NCBI GenBank assembly: GCA_963771465.1
Contig: CAVYTU010000015.1
Coordinates: 704,001 to 768,000, forward strand
Length of the DNA stretch: 64,000 nucleotides
Direction of reading: 5' to 3'
From: an uncultured delta proteobacterium
GTDB taxonomy: Bacteria > Desulfobacterota > Binatia > UBA9968
The translations under genes were made by a program, and so were the position numbers. The notes under the pieces were generated by a model. It did not search any database. It was given only the letters and a program-made list of their open reading frames with translations, and was not told the origin of the DNA. Positions within the stretch are counted from its first letter, which is position 1; the number at the start of each line of letters is the position of its first letter. This document shows positions 24,320-34,874 of this stretch, in pieces.

Positions 24320-25999
24320 ATGGCCAAAAAAAAATTAACCGCAGCGAAAAATTCGGCGGCGGTTGCGGTCCGTCAATATCCCGACCTGCACGATCACCTG
24401 GAGCGACTCGAAAGCGAAGGCTTGCTGATTCGCGTCAAAGAGCCGGTCTGTAAAGATCAGGAAATGCATCCGCTGGTGCGCTGGCAGTTCCGTGGCGGCA
24501 TTAAAGAAAAAGACCGCAAGGCATTTCTCTTCGAAAAACCGGTCGATGCGCGCGGCAAATCATACGATATCCCGGTCGCCATCGGCATTCTCGCGGCTAA
24601 TCGACAGATCTACGGCATCGGCCTAGGCGCCGATCCTGCAAAGGTGAATGAACTCTGGGCCGAAGCGAAGGCGAATCCCATCGCGCCCGTGGAAATCCCA
24701 TCCGAGGCCGCCCCGGTGCATGAAGTCGTTTACCAGGGCGCGCAATTGCAACGGCCAGGTCAAGGTTTGGACGGCATTCCGGTGCCCATTTCCACGCCGG
24801 GTTGGGACAACGCACCCTATATCAGCGCCGCGCATTTCATCACCCAAGATCCCGACAACGGTATCCAGAACATCGGCACCTATCGCGCGATGATCAAAGC
24901 GCCCGATAGGGTCGGCTGCAATCCGTCATTGGAATTGGGCCAAGGCATCTACATTCACTGGGAAAAATACCGCGCCCGCAAAGAGAAGATGCCCGCGGCA
25001 CTCTGTATCGGCGGCGTGCCGGCGATCTCCTATGTGGCGGCGCAAAAACTCAACTACGACGTCGATGAATTTGCCGTCGCCGGAGGATTGGTCAATGCGC
25101 CGATTCGCGTCGTCAAAGCCAAGACGGTGCCGCTGATGGTGCCGGCCGACGCCGAGATCATCATCGAAGGCTATGTGTCCACGGAGTTTCTCGAACCCGA
25201 AGCGCCGTTCGGCGAGTCGCACGGCCATGTGAATCCGAAAGAATACAATCCCTACATGGAAGTCACGGCCATCACCCGGCGCCATAAAGCGATTCTCTGC
25301 TCGATCATCAGCCAGGTGACACCGTCGGAATCGAGCGTGATCAAAAAGATGGCCTACGAGCCGCTCTATCTCGATCATTTGAGAAATGTTTTGGGCATCA
25401 AGTCCGTCCTGCGCGTCATGTTGCACGAGCCGCTGACCGCGACGCAGAAATTGACCATTATTCAAATGCGCAAACCGAGCCCAGCCGAGGTTTGGCGCGC
25501 GCTGATGGGCGCGGTGACGTTTCGCCCGTCGATGTCGAAGATCGTCATCGCCGTCGACGATGATATCGACCCGGACAATCTCGACGCTGTCTTTTGGGCG
25601 CTCGGGTACCGTTCGCAACCGCATCGCGACGTGCAGATTATTCGCGGCACCGACGTCGGCCACGCGCCGCGCCACGACGCGCGCGGCGGCGCCGACGACT
25701 CCTGTCTGCTATGGGATGCAACGTTGAAAGAAACCTTCCCGCCCATCTCGCTGCCGAAGAAAGAATATATGGAGCGCGCGCGCAAACTCTGGGAGCGACT
25801 GGAACTACCCAAGCTCGAACCTGAATCGCCTTGGTACGGCTACTCGTTGGGTGACTGGAATCCCGAGCTCGACGAGGAAGCCAAACTCGCCATCGCCGGT
25901 GAGTTCTGGCGCACCGGCGAGAAAATCGCGCGCCAGCGCAAACGCACCGACGAAGTCGCGGTCAACACTTCTTACTACGGCCAGCAAAAAGAGAAATGA
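24320..25999 (+). CDS. UbiD-family (prFMN-dependent) (de)carboxylase
   Basis: AFLFEKPV, QNIGTYR, VPADAEIIIEG, EAPFGESHG, VIAVDDDID. Confidence 0.92.
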   Translation: MAKKKLTAAKNSAAVAVRQYPDLHDHLERLESEGLLIRVKEPVCKDQEMHPLVRWQFRGGIKEKDRKAFLFEKPVDARGKSYDIPVAIGILAANRQIYGIGLGADPAKVNELWAEAKANPIAPVEIPSEAAPVHEVVYQGAQLQRPGQGLDGIPVPISTPGWDNAPYISAAHFITQDPDNGIQNIGTYRAMIKAPDRVGCNPSLELGQGIYIHWEKYRARKEKMPAALCIGGVPAISYVAAQKLNYDVDEFAVAGGLVNAPIRVVKAKTVPLMVPADAEIIIEGYVSTEFLEPEAPFGESHGHVNPKEYNPYMEVTAITRRHKAILCSIISQVTPSESSVIKKMAYEPLYLDHLRNVLGIKSVLRVMLHEPLTATQKLTIIQMRKPSPAEVWRALMGAVTFRPSMSKIVIAVDDDIDPDNLDAVFWALGYRSQPHRDVQIIRGTDVGHAPRHDARGGADDSCLLWDATLKETFPPISLPKKEYMERARKLWERLELPKLEPESPWYGYSLGDWNPELDEEAKLAIAGEFWRTGEKIARQRKRTDEVAVNTSYYGQQKEK

Positions 26000-26051
26000 C
26001 CGATTCGCCGCCGTGGCACGGTTCGAAGGAACACGTCCCCGAGGAGCTTCG

Positions 26052-26969
26052 ATGGAATACAAAGCGCTAAAATGGTCCGTACACGATTATCCCCAAAATC
26101 CCGGCGAGCCGTGCATCGGCGTCGTCACGCTCAATCGTCCCGAGCGGCTCAATGCCGTCGACCCGCTCATGCGTCTTGAGCTCGACGCGCTGTGCAACGA
26201 GATCGCGCGCAACTCGATTGTCAAAGTCGTGATTCTCACCGGCGCGGGACGCGGCTTTTGCGCCGGCGGCGATCTAAAATCCGAGGGCGATGTGCTTGGC
26301 GCATTCGACGGCTCCATGGGCATCACCGGTCCCTACAAAGAAATCGCCGAGTATTTTTTCAACGACTTACGTCACAAAGTATTGCAGAGCGCGATGAAAA
26401 AGCTGGAGGACTTGCCGCAAGTCACCATCGCCGCCATCAACGGACCGGCGGTCGGCGTCGGCTTGGAGATGGCGACCCTGTGCGATATGCGCATCGCTTC
26501 GGCCAACGCCCGTTTCGGTGAAGTGGCGGTGCCCGCCGGATTTGTTCCCGAAAGCGGCGGCGCGCGCAACCTACCGAAGCTGGTCGGTATCGGACGTGCT
26601 ATGCGTCTGATTCTCACCGGCGAAATCATCGACGCCAAAGAGGCATTGCGCATCGGTTTGGTTGAAGAAGTCGTAAAGCATGGCGAGCTGATGAATGCAG
26701 CATTCGCGCTCGCTGGCAAGATCGCCGCCAACCCTTATCTCTCCGTGCGTCAAGCCAAGCGCTTGGTAAAAATGTATTGGAATTGGAACCGCACCGATGA
26801 AGGCTATCAACAGGAGCTCGACGCGGTGCTCGAAATCACCCGCACCCGAGATTGCCAAGAAGGCATGCGCGCTTTCGTCGAAAAGCGCCCGCCCCACTAT
26901 ACCGACCCCTACGGCGCGTACTGGCCGTTTCCATCCAAGAGTGACGCCAAGAAAAAGCAGAAAAAATAA
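26052..26969 (+). CDS. Enoyl-CoA hydratase/isomerase family protein
   Basis: VTLNRPERLNA, TGAGRGFCAGGD, IAAINGPAVGVG, EGMRAFVEKR; GAGGAG RBS. Confidence 0.92.
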   Translation: MEYKALKWSVHDYPQNPGEPCIGVVTLNRPERLNAVDPLMRLELDALCNEIARNSIVKVVILTGAGRGFCAGGDLKSEGDVLGAFDGSMGITGPYKEIAEYFFNDLRHKVLQSAMKKLEDLPQVTIAAINGPAVGVGLEMATLCDMRIASANARFGEVAVPAGFVPESGGARNLPKLVGIGRAMRLILTGEIIDAKEALRIGLVEEVVKHGELMNAAFALAGKIAANPYLSVRQAKRLVKMYWNWNRTDEGYQQELDAVLEITRTRDCQEGMRAFVEKRPPHYTDPYGAYWPFPSKSDAKKKQKK

Positions 26970-26975
26970 AGCGCC

Positions 26976-28541
26976 ATGAGCGACGCATCAATCCCCTGGC
27001 CCAGCTATCGAAGCGCGCCTGAGCGACTCAATCTTGCTGCCGAAGTGCTCGACTCCTCGGTCGCTCGTGGTTGCGGGCCACGCGCCGCGCTCGTCGGCGA
27101 GCATGGAGCGATAACCTACCCATCGCTCTTGCAGCAGGTGAACGCCGTAGCCGCCGGTCTCAGCGAGCGCGGCTTACGGCGAGGCGATCAGGTACTGATC
27201 AAGATGGGCAACTCGCCCGAGTTCGCTATGGCGTTTCTCGCCGCGGTGAAACTCGGCGTCGTTCCGGTGCTGGTGAATTCATTACTATCCGCGGGCGAAC
27301 TGCGTCCCGTCCTGGAACAATCGCAGCCCAAGTTGATTTTTACCGAAGCGGCGTGCGCCGACGCGGTGCGAGAATTGCGCGCCAGCGGCTTGATCGATCA
27401 AGTGGTCTGTCGCGATGGCGCCGGCAAGAATGAGATTGCGTTCGAGTCGCTAACCGCGAATCGCGGCGCAACGATCGCTAACGCCGATACTCGGGCAAAC
27501 GAACCGGCCTTCATCGTCTACACCTCCGGCACCACGGGCCAACCGAAAGGCATCGTTCATGCGCACCGCTGGATCATCGCCCTGGGCGATTTGAACCGCT
27601 ACCGCTTACCGCCGCAAGACAACGACGTCGTCCTGGCCACCGGCGAATGGAGCTTCATCAGCGCGCTTGGCCACAATTTGCTTTTTCCGCTGCGCAACGG
27701 CGTCACGGGCGCCGTCTTATCCAGCCGCGCCACGCCGGAAAATATCCTCGCCGCCATCGAGAAATACCGCGTGACCGTGCTTCATTCCGTCGCCACGGTC
27801 TATCGCCGCTTGCTGGCGACGCCGGCCTTCGAAAAGCAGCATGACCTTTCGACGCTGCGCTGCGCTCATTCCACTGGTGAAGCGTTGGGCGCCGCGATTT
27901 ACGAGGAATGGAAACAGCGCGTCGGCTCCGAGCTCTACGAGCATTACGGTGTATCCGAATACCAGCTCGTCATCGGCCATGGCGTGCGCCATGCGGTCAA
28001 ACCTGGGTCGGTGGGAAAACTACTTCCGGGAGTTGGCGTGGCGATTCTCGACGATGAATTCCAGCCCGTGCCGACCGGCGCGCTCGGCCAGTTCGCTATC
28101 TCAACCGAAGATCCGGGTCTGTTTCTCGGCTATTACAAGGATCAAGAACGAACTCAGACCGTCGTCCGACTCGGCTGGTATTTCACCGGCGATCTCGCCT
28201 ATCAAGATAGCGACGGCTACTTCTTCATCGCCGGCCGGCGCGACGACTGCTTCAAAAGCCGCGGCATCTTCATCTCGCCGACAGAAATTGAAGACGCGCT
28301 GCAGAAACATCCCGCCATCGTCGAGGCTGTGGTGGTCGCTCAACCTGACACTGAAATCGGCAACAAAATCCGCGCTGTGGTCGTTTTGGCTGAAGGCTTC
28401 CGACCGTCAGACGATCTCACCCGAACGATCCGCGCTAGCCTGCGTTCGCAAATCGCCCCGTACAAGATGCCGCACAAAATCGAATTCGCCGACAGTTTGC
28501 CCAAGAGCGCGGTCGGAAAAATTGTGCGCACCGCGTTGTAA
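26976..28541 (+). CDS. Acyl-CoA synthetase (benzoate-CoA ligase-like ANL enzyme)
   Basis: YTSGTTGQPKG, YGVSE, TGD, GRRDD, LPKSAVGKI. Confidence 0.92.
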   Translation: MSDASIPWPSYRSAPERLNLAAEVLDSSVARGCGPRAALVGEHGAITYPSLLQQVNAVAAGLSERGLRRGDQVLIKMGNSPEFAMAFLAAVKLGVVPVLVNSLLSAGELRPVLEQSQPKLIFTEAACADAVRELRASGLIDQVVCRDGAGKNEIAFESLTANRGATIANADTRANEPAFIVYTSGTTGQPKGIVHAHRWIIALGDLNRYRLPPQDNDVVLATGEWSFISALGHNLLFPLRNGVTGAVLSSRATPENILAAIEKYRVTVLHSVATVYRRLLATPAFEKQHDLSTLRCAHSTGEALGAAIYEEWKQRVGSELYEHYGVSEYQLVIGHGVRHAVKPGSVGKLLPGVGVAILDDEFQPVPTGALGQFAISTEDPGLFLGYYKDQERTQTVVRLGWYFTGDLAYQDSDGYFFIAGRRDDCFKSRGIFISPTEIEDALQKHPAIVEAVVVAQPDTEIGNKIRAVVVLAEGFRPSDDLTRTIRASLRSQIAPYKMPHKIEFADSLPKSAVGKIVRTAL

Positions 28542-28627
28542 CCTCTCATCGATTCATAGTCACCGCGGATCAGCTTGACAATTCCTACGGCCAAGTAATA
28601 CATCCAACCCAGCAAGGAGGAATTTTC

Positions 28628-29752
28628 ATGCGTGTCATCGATGCCGACGGTCACGTCGAAGAAAATTTAGAAACTTTTAGCGACAAATATCTCGATCCGG
28701 CGTTTCGCTCATCGCGGCCACGCGTCACCGGCGTCGATGGCCTGGCCTACTGGGTGATCGAAGAGCAGCTCTATCCGCGCCGCGTCGGCCCCGGTTGCCA
28801 CAATCTCGGCACGCCGACGAATGTGAATGGCCAGATCGCCGCGCATTCGCAAGGTAAATCCGACAGCATCGGCAGCATGGAGCTCACCGATATCACGGCG
28901 CGCGTGAAAGCGATGGACGATGAAGACATCGCCGTGCAAGTTATTTACACGACGCTGTTTCTCGCCTACCCGCTGACAACCAACGTTCCACTGGCGACCG
29001 CACTCACGTCATCTTACAATCGCTGGATGGGCGACCGGCTTTCGGGCCACCCGAGAATCAAGTGGGCCGCCGTCGTCAATCTCGATGACGTTCAAAGCGC
29101 AGTGCAGCAAGTGCGCGAAGCGAAAAAACTCGGCGCGGTTTCCGTCATGGTTCTCGGCACTGCTGGCAACGACATGCTCGACCATCCGCGCCTCGAGCCA
29201 TTCTACGCCGCGCTCTGCGAAGAAAATCTGCCTCTCGGCGTCCACGTCGGCTGGTCCTGCCCGTCGGTGAATAACCTTTACTCCCATATCTACCCGTCCG
29301 GCGTGATCGCTTTTCACGTCCCGCTGCTCATGGCATTCACCGCGCTCGTCAGCGGCGGCGTGCTCGATCGCTTCCCCGACCTGAAAATCGTCTTCCTCGA
29401 AGCCGGCTGCCAGTGGGTGCCGTTTATACTGGAGCGAATGCACCACCGCTACAAAAACCAAGGCTCGTCCTTGAGAAAATTCTTGCCCCAGACCGCGCCA
29501 ATTCAGAAACAGCCGGTCATGGACTACATCAAGCGCGGCAACATCTATTTCAGCACCGAAGTCGAAGATGAAATCTTGCCGAACGTTTTGAATCTCGTCG
29601 GCGAAGGCCAAGTCATCTTCGGCAGCGACATGCCCCACGGCGATCGCGACCGTTGCGCCGCCGCGATCCTGCAGAAACGCAGCGATATCAGCGAGTCGGC
29701 GAAAGGAAGTATACTCGACAAAAATCCGGCGCGACTTTACGGCTTGCATTAG
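28628..29752 (+). CDS. Amidohydrolase_2 family protein
   Basis: IDADGHV, GVHVG, FPDLKIVFLEAGCQW, FGSDMPHGD. Confidence 0.92.
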   Translation: MRVIDADGHVEENLETFSDKYLDPAFRSSRPRVTGVDGLAYWVIEEQLYPRRVGPGCHNLGTPTNVNGQIAAHSQGKSDSIGSMELTDITARVKAMDDEDIAVQVIYTTLFLAYPLTTNVPLATALTSSYNRWMGDRLSGHPRIKWAAVVNLDDVQSAVQQVREAKKLGAVSVMVLGTAGNDMLDHPRLEPFYAALCEENLPLGVHVGWSCPSVNNLYSHIYPSGVIAFHVPLLMAFTALVSGGVLDRFPDLKIVFLEAGCQWVPFILERMHHRYKNQGSSLRKFLPQTAPIQKQPVMDYIKRGNIYFSTEVEDEILPNVLNLVGEGQVIFGSDMPHGDRDRCAAAILQKRSDISESAKGSILDKNPARLYGLH

Positions 29753-29831
29753 CAGTTACCAGTTGTCGAGTCTCCGTAGTGTAATCTAGTTGTGTTTAGC
29801 GTAATTGACGCTTATTCTATGCAAGAACTGC

Positions 29832-30686
29832 ATGAGACTCGAAAACTCGATAGTTGCTTGTATATTTCTCGCTCTTGTCGGTTGCGCCACATTCGGCACC
29901 GAAACTGAATTTAGTTTCGGGCGGCAAGCGCTCATGCGCGGCGAGCCGGATAACGCCCTGCGCTATTTTGAGCGGACCGCCGCCGCCGATCCGAATTACG
30001 TGTACAAGGTTGGAGCGCTGCACGAAAGCGTTTGGACCTACATCGGCCGAGCACACTACAATTCCGGTAAGTACGCTGAGGCCAAAGTGGCCTTCAACCG
30101 CGCGCTGCAGCAGTTTAACGACGAACATTTGGCGCGGCTGTACGGCGGATTAATATTGCTCCGACCGGCGCCCGCCAAATCCGCTATGCCGGCGAACCCT
30201 TTCACTTTACAGGAGGTGACCTATGCCTTGCGCGAAGGCGTCGAGCCGCGCCGAGTCGCCACACTCGCGCGCCAGCGAGGAGTCGGCTTCGATTTGTCCA
30301 AAGAGACCGAGAGCCAACTAGCCAACGCCGGCGCAGATACCGCGTTGCTCGGCGAAATCAGGAAGATCCGCGCAGAGCTTACCGGCCGAGGAAGCACCAA
30401 CGATGCGCAGATCGCCCAGGGAGCCAAAGAGATTCGCACCGCCTTGGCTGGTCTCGAAGAGTGGATGAATTACACAGTTTATAATACGCCGCAGGGAGCA
30501 TACTGGGATCCCGGCGGAGATATCCGCAAACAGATCAAGAATGGGTTGGCGCTGTTTTCGGCGCGTCAGCTGGATATCCCAACGATCATCGCCAACGGCG
30601 AGATGGTCGCGTATCTATTTATCGAAGAGCCCGACAGGGCACGTCGCGACGAATCGCAAGATATGCGGCGCCGGCAACAGCGCTAA
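29832..30686 (+). CDS. TPR-containing lipoprotein
   Basis: Lipobox LVGC, TPR-like helices (WTYIGRAHYNSGKYAEAK), internal small helical insert. Confidence 0.75.
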   Translation: MRLENSIVACIFLALVGCATFGTETEFSFGRQALMRGEPDNALRYFERTAAADPNYVYKVGALHESVWTYIGRAHYNSGKYAEAKVAFNRALQQFNDEHLARLYGGLILLRPAPAKSAMPANPFTLQEVTYALREGVEPRRVATLARQRGVGFDLSKETESQLANAGADTALLGEIRKIRAELTGRGSTNDAQIAQGAKEIRTALAGLEEWMNYTVYNTPQGAYWDPGGDIRKQIKNGLALFSARQLDIPTIIANGEMVAYLFIEEPDRARRDESQDMRRRQQR

Positions 30687-30723
30687 CATCGAAACTCACC
30701 GCTCCACGCGATCAGAAATAATC

Positions 30724-32037
30724 TCAGCAGTTCACGGATTGGCCGAGATTCTTCTCGGCATTGCAGGCGCGCCGGGTTTGCTCGCTCTCTTGGCGAATCT
30801 CCGCGCTCGACGGGTCAATGGCGCGAGCCCGCTCAAGTTCTGCTAGTGCTGCTGCATAATTGCCGGTGGTCCGATATTCTCTCGCCCGGTTGAGAAAAGG
30901 CGCGATCCTTTGCCGTAATTGCTCCGCTGACGGCGGCGCAACTGGTCTCGGCTCTGGATACTGTTGAACCGCCGGCTCATCCGCTTTGACAGCCGAGGTA
31001 AGCAATTTTGATGGCTTAGTTTCCGGACGGGTTTTTACGGGTGGATCGGGTTTGACGACGGTAATGACCCAAGGGTTACTTATCAAATCGCCATGTCGCG
31101 CCGATATCTTGGCGACCCCGGGTTGGATAGCTCTGACCTGCCCGCCGCCATCCACTCTGGCAACTTTGGACTCCGTGGTATTCCACCCTACTGGAGCTTC
31201 GATCTGACTGCTGGTTCCGTCCGAGTATTCACCTTTCACGACGACCTTCAATGTTTCCCCTGGCTTAAGCTCTGATCTGTCCGCGTTTACGGCCAGCTTG
31301 AGTAAACTCGGTGTGGTCGGTGCGGTTGGTGCCGTCGGTGCGGTTGGTATTTCCACTTTCTCGATTGTTGTCTGCGTGATTTGCGGCACTTGGTGGGGCC
31401 AAAATAAATACACGCCGAACAAAATAATCAGCCCAGCGCCGCCGGCGGCAATTTTCCAGGTGACTTTCCTGGAATCAGCGACCGTTTCCGTCCTCTGCGG
31501 TTCGGTTACCTGAATGGTTGGCTGCGCCACAGGCTCAACCGCCAGCGAGTGGGATGCGCTGACCACTGGTATTTCGCTAGGGGGGTCAATGGCGTGGGGC
31601 TTTGACTCGGGCGATTCTGAACTTTTGTTCTTGACTGGTTTAACTGGTTTTCCTAGACGGGATTCGAGATCACTGATCAAACCGCGCGCGCCTGGAGCGT
31701 CGCTGGAACCGTCCCAATCGATCAGATCGGCGGCTTGGATCGCGCGAAATCCCACCGGCGGTTTCACCGGTTCGATCAGAACCGGCACGAGCTTTTGCAC
31801 CATCCGCGCTTCTTCGGCTTCTTCCTTTACCCAATCGCTGACGATCGAATTGGTCGACCACAACACGACCATACAACGCATCTCATTCAACGCGCCTTCA
31901 ATCACCGAACGCCAGGTGCGTCCGGCGGGGATACGCCGGTCCCACCACACGGTCCACCCGGCCGATTCGAGGAGCGCGGCAACTTGAAGAGCTGTTTCTC
32001 GGTCTTCGTTGGCGTAGCTTAGAAAAATCTCAGCCAT
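30724..32037 (-). CDS. TIR domain - TM helix - Ig-like (Big_2) - TPR protein
   Basis: IFLSYANED, WTVWWDRRIPAG, SDWVKEEA; TM AAGGAGLIILFGVYLFW; WNTTESKVARVDGGGQVRAIQPG; GNYAAALAELERARAIDP. Confidence 0.88.
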   Translation of the reverse strand: MAEIFLSYANEDRETALQVAALLESAGWTVWWDRRIPAGRTWRSVIEGALNEMRCMVVLWSTNSIVSDWVKEEAEEARMVQKLVPVLIEPVKPPVGFRAIQAADLIDWDGSSDAPGARGLISDLESRLGKPVKPVKNKSSESPESKPHAIDPPSEIPVVSASHSLAVEPVAQPTIQVTEPQRTETVADSRKVTWKIAAGGAGLIILFGVYLFWPHQVPQITQTTIEKVEIPTAPTAPTAPTTPSLLKLAVNADRSELKPGETLKVVVKGEYSDGTSSQIEAPVGWNTTESKVARVDGGGQVRAIQPGVAKISARHGDLISNPWVITVVKPDPPVKTRPETKPSKLLTSAVKADEPAVQQYPEPRPVAPPSAEQLRQRIAPFLNRAREYRTTGNYAAALAELERARAIDPSSAEIRQESEQTRRACNAEKNLGQSVNC

Positions 32038-32156
32038 ATGAGGTCAATTATCACCAGCGCGCAAGCGTGACTCTGCACTGTCAAACGGTAAAAATCGCTA
32101 TGAAATGTGATTGTAACAGATCGCACGCTATTTGTAATTGAAATCCGCTTGCCCGG

Positions 32157-33140
32157 CTACGGTTTCCACCCGCTCAATTTCAATTCTTCATTGGTCTTGC
32201 GGACAAAGCTGAAGTCGAAGACATCGGCGAGCTTTAGATCTCTTTGCGATTTGACCGCTAACTTCATTTCATCGATCATCGGTTGAAGAATTTTGGCTTC
32301 GCTGGTGCCGTCGCGCACGGTGAGTCTGACTTCTTCGTCGTAAATGGCTGCTGCCATCTCGCGATCCTTGATGCGCAGAATGTCCATCGAATATTTGATC
32401 GCGGCGTCGCGCTTGGCGAGAAAGAAAGCCAAGCCTTTCATGCTCGCGCGCATGAAACGGGCGATCTTCGCCGGTTGCTGTTTGATCTTTTCTTCCGAAG
32501 TCGCCAGGCCGCCCTGTATCGTGTTGACGTACTCGCCCGCCGACGTGAGCTTAACGAAACCATCTTTCTGAGCGCGCAAACTCGCCGCCGTGTTAAACAG
32601 CGTCGCTTGGATCGCCTTCGCTTTCAGCGCCGGAAAGCGCACGTCGTCGCCACCCATGACGACGAGATTGGCATCCTTCGCCGGGTCGAGACCGTTCTTC
32701 TTGAGAATCTCGCGCGTCACCACCGCCAGGGAACCTTCCGGCGACATGATCGCCACCGTTTGACCGCGCAGTTGCGCGATGGACTTGATATTCGGCAAAG
32801 CGATCAAGTCCCAGCCCGGCTTGTCTTGAAACACCGCGAGGATTTTCACCGGCACGTTGCGCGCTACCGCCGCCAACGCGCTGCCCGCGTTGGTAAAAAA
32901 ATCGATCTCGCCCGCCAGCGTCGTGCGAATCGCGATCTCGCCGCGAATACTCAGGAACTCGACGTTGATCCCTTCTTCCTTGAAATAACCCTCCTTGTTG
33001 GCGATCATCAGACAAAGCACCGACGCCGAAATCGACGGATGCGCCACCCGCATGTTGTCGATGGCCCAAGCAGGGTTGATGTTGGCAGACAGGATCACCA
33101 GAGCCAACCCAAGCAACCGAACGTTGCGCGGTAACTTCAT
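32157..33140 (-). CDS. ABC substrate-binding protein, NMT1/SsuA-like
   Basis: Signal peptide, KEGYFKEEGINVE, AGEIDF, IKSIAQLRGQTVAI. Confidence 0.88.
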   Translation of the reverse strand: MKLPRNVRLLGLALVILSANINPAWAIDNMRVAHPSISASVLCLMIANKEGYFKEEGINVEFLSIRGEIAIRTTLAGEIDFFTNAGSALAAVARNVPVKILAVFQDKPGWDLIALPNIKSIAQLRGQTVAIMSPEGSLAVVTREILKKNGLDPAKDANLVVMGGDDVRFPALKAKAIQATLFNTAASLRAQKDGFVKLTSAGEYVNTIQGGLATSEEKIKQQPAKIARFMRASMKGLAFFLAKRDAAIKYSMDILRIKDREMAAAIYDEEVRLTVRDGTSEAKILQPMIDEMKLAVKSQRDLKLADVFDFSFVRKTNEELKLSGWKP

Positions 33141-33322
33141 GCGAATCCTCCTTGTCGGAAACCGTTTAATCCCGCATACCCAAAGCGCCGCCGATTGGCA
33201 AGCGATAATTATTGCTCCGAAGCCTTTGCAACTCTTTGCGGGTATAATCTTCTCGTGGTTTGACCGCGTCCCAACAACAGTGATAAATCCTCGACCATCG
33301 ACTCGATTCTAAGGAGTTCCCG

Positions 33323-34804
33323 ATGGCCAACTCAACTCGACAAACGGATGTCGTCATCATCGGCGGCGGCGGCGCGGGGATCCCCGCGGCGATCGAAGTG
33401 GCCCGCGCCGGCGGCAAAGCGATCGTGTTGGAAGGCGCGGCCGAATGCGGCGGCACCGCGGCAATTTCCGGCGGCGGCTGCTGCATCGTCGGCACGCCGT
33501 TGCAAAAATCCCAAGGCATCGAAGACACGCCGGACATGGCGTTCGAAGATTGGATCAAGTGGGGCGGCGGCCAGGCTGACGAAGTGTGGGCGCGTTACTA
33601 TCTCGAACATACATTGCACGATCTCTATCATTGGGCCGAAAGCTGCGGCGCCAAGTGGGTCGACATGAAAGTTCAGGAAGGCAACCGGGTACTGCGTTGG
33701 CACAGGCCGGATAATAACGGACTAGGCTTAATGACCGCGCTGATTAAAACCGCCGAAAAGATTCCCAACATCACGATCATGACCTCGACCAAAGGCGGCA
33801 ACCTGCTCACCAAAGACGGCCGAGTCTGCGGCGTGACGGCGATCAAAGGAAACGAAGCCGTCGATATTCACAGCAAATCTGTCGTCGTCGCCACCGGCGG
33901 ATTCAATTCGAACTTGGATATGGTTCTCGAACATCGTCCCGAGTTCGAAAAATTTAAAGTGATGGAAGGCTCGGGCTTCGGCGCCAAAGGCGAAGGCCAC
34001 AAGTTGATCCGAGAGCTCGGCGGCTACTTCACCCACATGGACTGCATCTGGTTTTACGTCTACGCCACGCCGGATTACCGCGATCCGCAGCAGCGGCGCG
34101 GTTTAGTTTTCCGCATGGTGCCGGGCTACATTTGGTTTAACCAGCAGGGTAAACGGTTTCATAATGAATCTCTGACGGGCGGCGCGTCGGCGACTCCCGC
34201 GTTGCTGGCGCAAACGCCCCCACACGCTTGGGCGCTAGCCGACACGCCGATGTTGGCAAAGATCGACGTCGCCGATCCATATTATCGCCGCGGCGATGTC
34301 ATCGACCGGGCCAAAGTCGAAGAGCTTTTGCATAACTCTCCGTACATAAAGATGGCTGACAGTCTCGAAGATCTCGGCAAGCAGTGCGACTTCGAGGACG
34401 TGAAAAACTTTATCGGCGAAGTCGAAGAATACAATCAATGCTTCGCCGCCGGCCTCAAGAAAGATCCGAAGTTCGGCAAGGCGCTCAATGCTTCGAAGAA
34501 GTTCGACACGCCGCCTTATTACGCGATTCAAATTTTTCCCTTGGCGCGGAAAAACTTTGGCGGCGTGAAAACCGATCTGCGCTGCCGCGCGCTGAATAAA
34601 TATTTCGAACCCATCCCCGGTCTTTACGCAGCGGGGGAAGTTTCCGGCATGGCCGGCGGCCACATCAATGGCAAAGCCGGACTCGAAGGCACCATGCTCG
34701 GCCCGTCGATCTTCAGCGGCCGCGTCGCCGGCGCCTGGGCGGCCCATGAAGCCGGCTTCGGTCCCGGCTTCGTCGGCAAACCGAACCGGCCGGAGCTGGA
34801 CTGA
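33323..34804 (+). CDS. FAD-dependent oxidoreductase (fumarate reductase/ketosteroid dehydrogenase flavoprotein family)
   Basis: DVVIIGGGGAG, GGTAAISGG, VVVATGGF, NQQGKRFHNE, IPGLYAAGE. Confidence 0.9.
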   Translation: MANSTRQTDVVIIGGGGAGIPAAIEVARAGGKAIVLEGAAECGGTAAISGGGCCIVGTPLQKSQGIEDTPDMAFEDWIKWGGGQADEVWARYYLEHTLHDLYHWAESCGAKWVDMKVQEGNRVLRWHRPDNNGLGLMTALIKTAEKIPNITIMTSTKGGNLLTKDGRVCGVTAIKGNEAVDIHSKSVVVATGGFNSNLDMVLEHRPEFEKFKVMEGSGFGAKGEGHKLIRELGGYFTHMDCIWFYVYATPDYRDPQQRRGLVFRMVPGYIWFNQQGKRFHNESLTGGASATPALLAQTPPHAWALADTPMLAKIDVADPYYRRGDVIDRAKVEELLHNSPYIKMADSLEDLGKQCDFEDVKNFIGEVEEYNQCFAAGLKKDPKFGKALNASKKFDTPPYYAIQIFPLARKNFGGVKTDLRCRALNKYFEPIPGLYAAGEVSGMAGGHINGKAGLEGTMLGPSIFSGRVAGAWAAHEAGFGPGFVGKPNRPELD

Positions 34805-34824
34805 AGCAAGGGCGTCTCCAATCC

Positions 34825-34851
34825 GAAACGATTTGAACGACTTGAACGACA
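34825..34851 (+). repeat. 9-bp tandem array (3 units)
   Basis: GAAACGATT TGAACGACT TGAACGACA. Confidence 0.65.
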
Positions 34852-34874
34852 CGCATCATCTGCCTGGAGCATAA

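Noticed and set aside
24926-25675. Long antisense or alternate-frame ORFs (e.g. 24926-25675, 29009-29749, 32283-33134, 42360-43124, 52531-53322)
   Set aside because: They overlap well-supported genes, lack motifs, and are expected shadows in high-GC DNA.
31300-31350. 9-bp periodic repeat in the TIR gene
   Set aside because: It encodes a PTAPTAPTAPTTP linker, so it is a protein-level low-complexity repeat.
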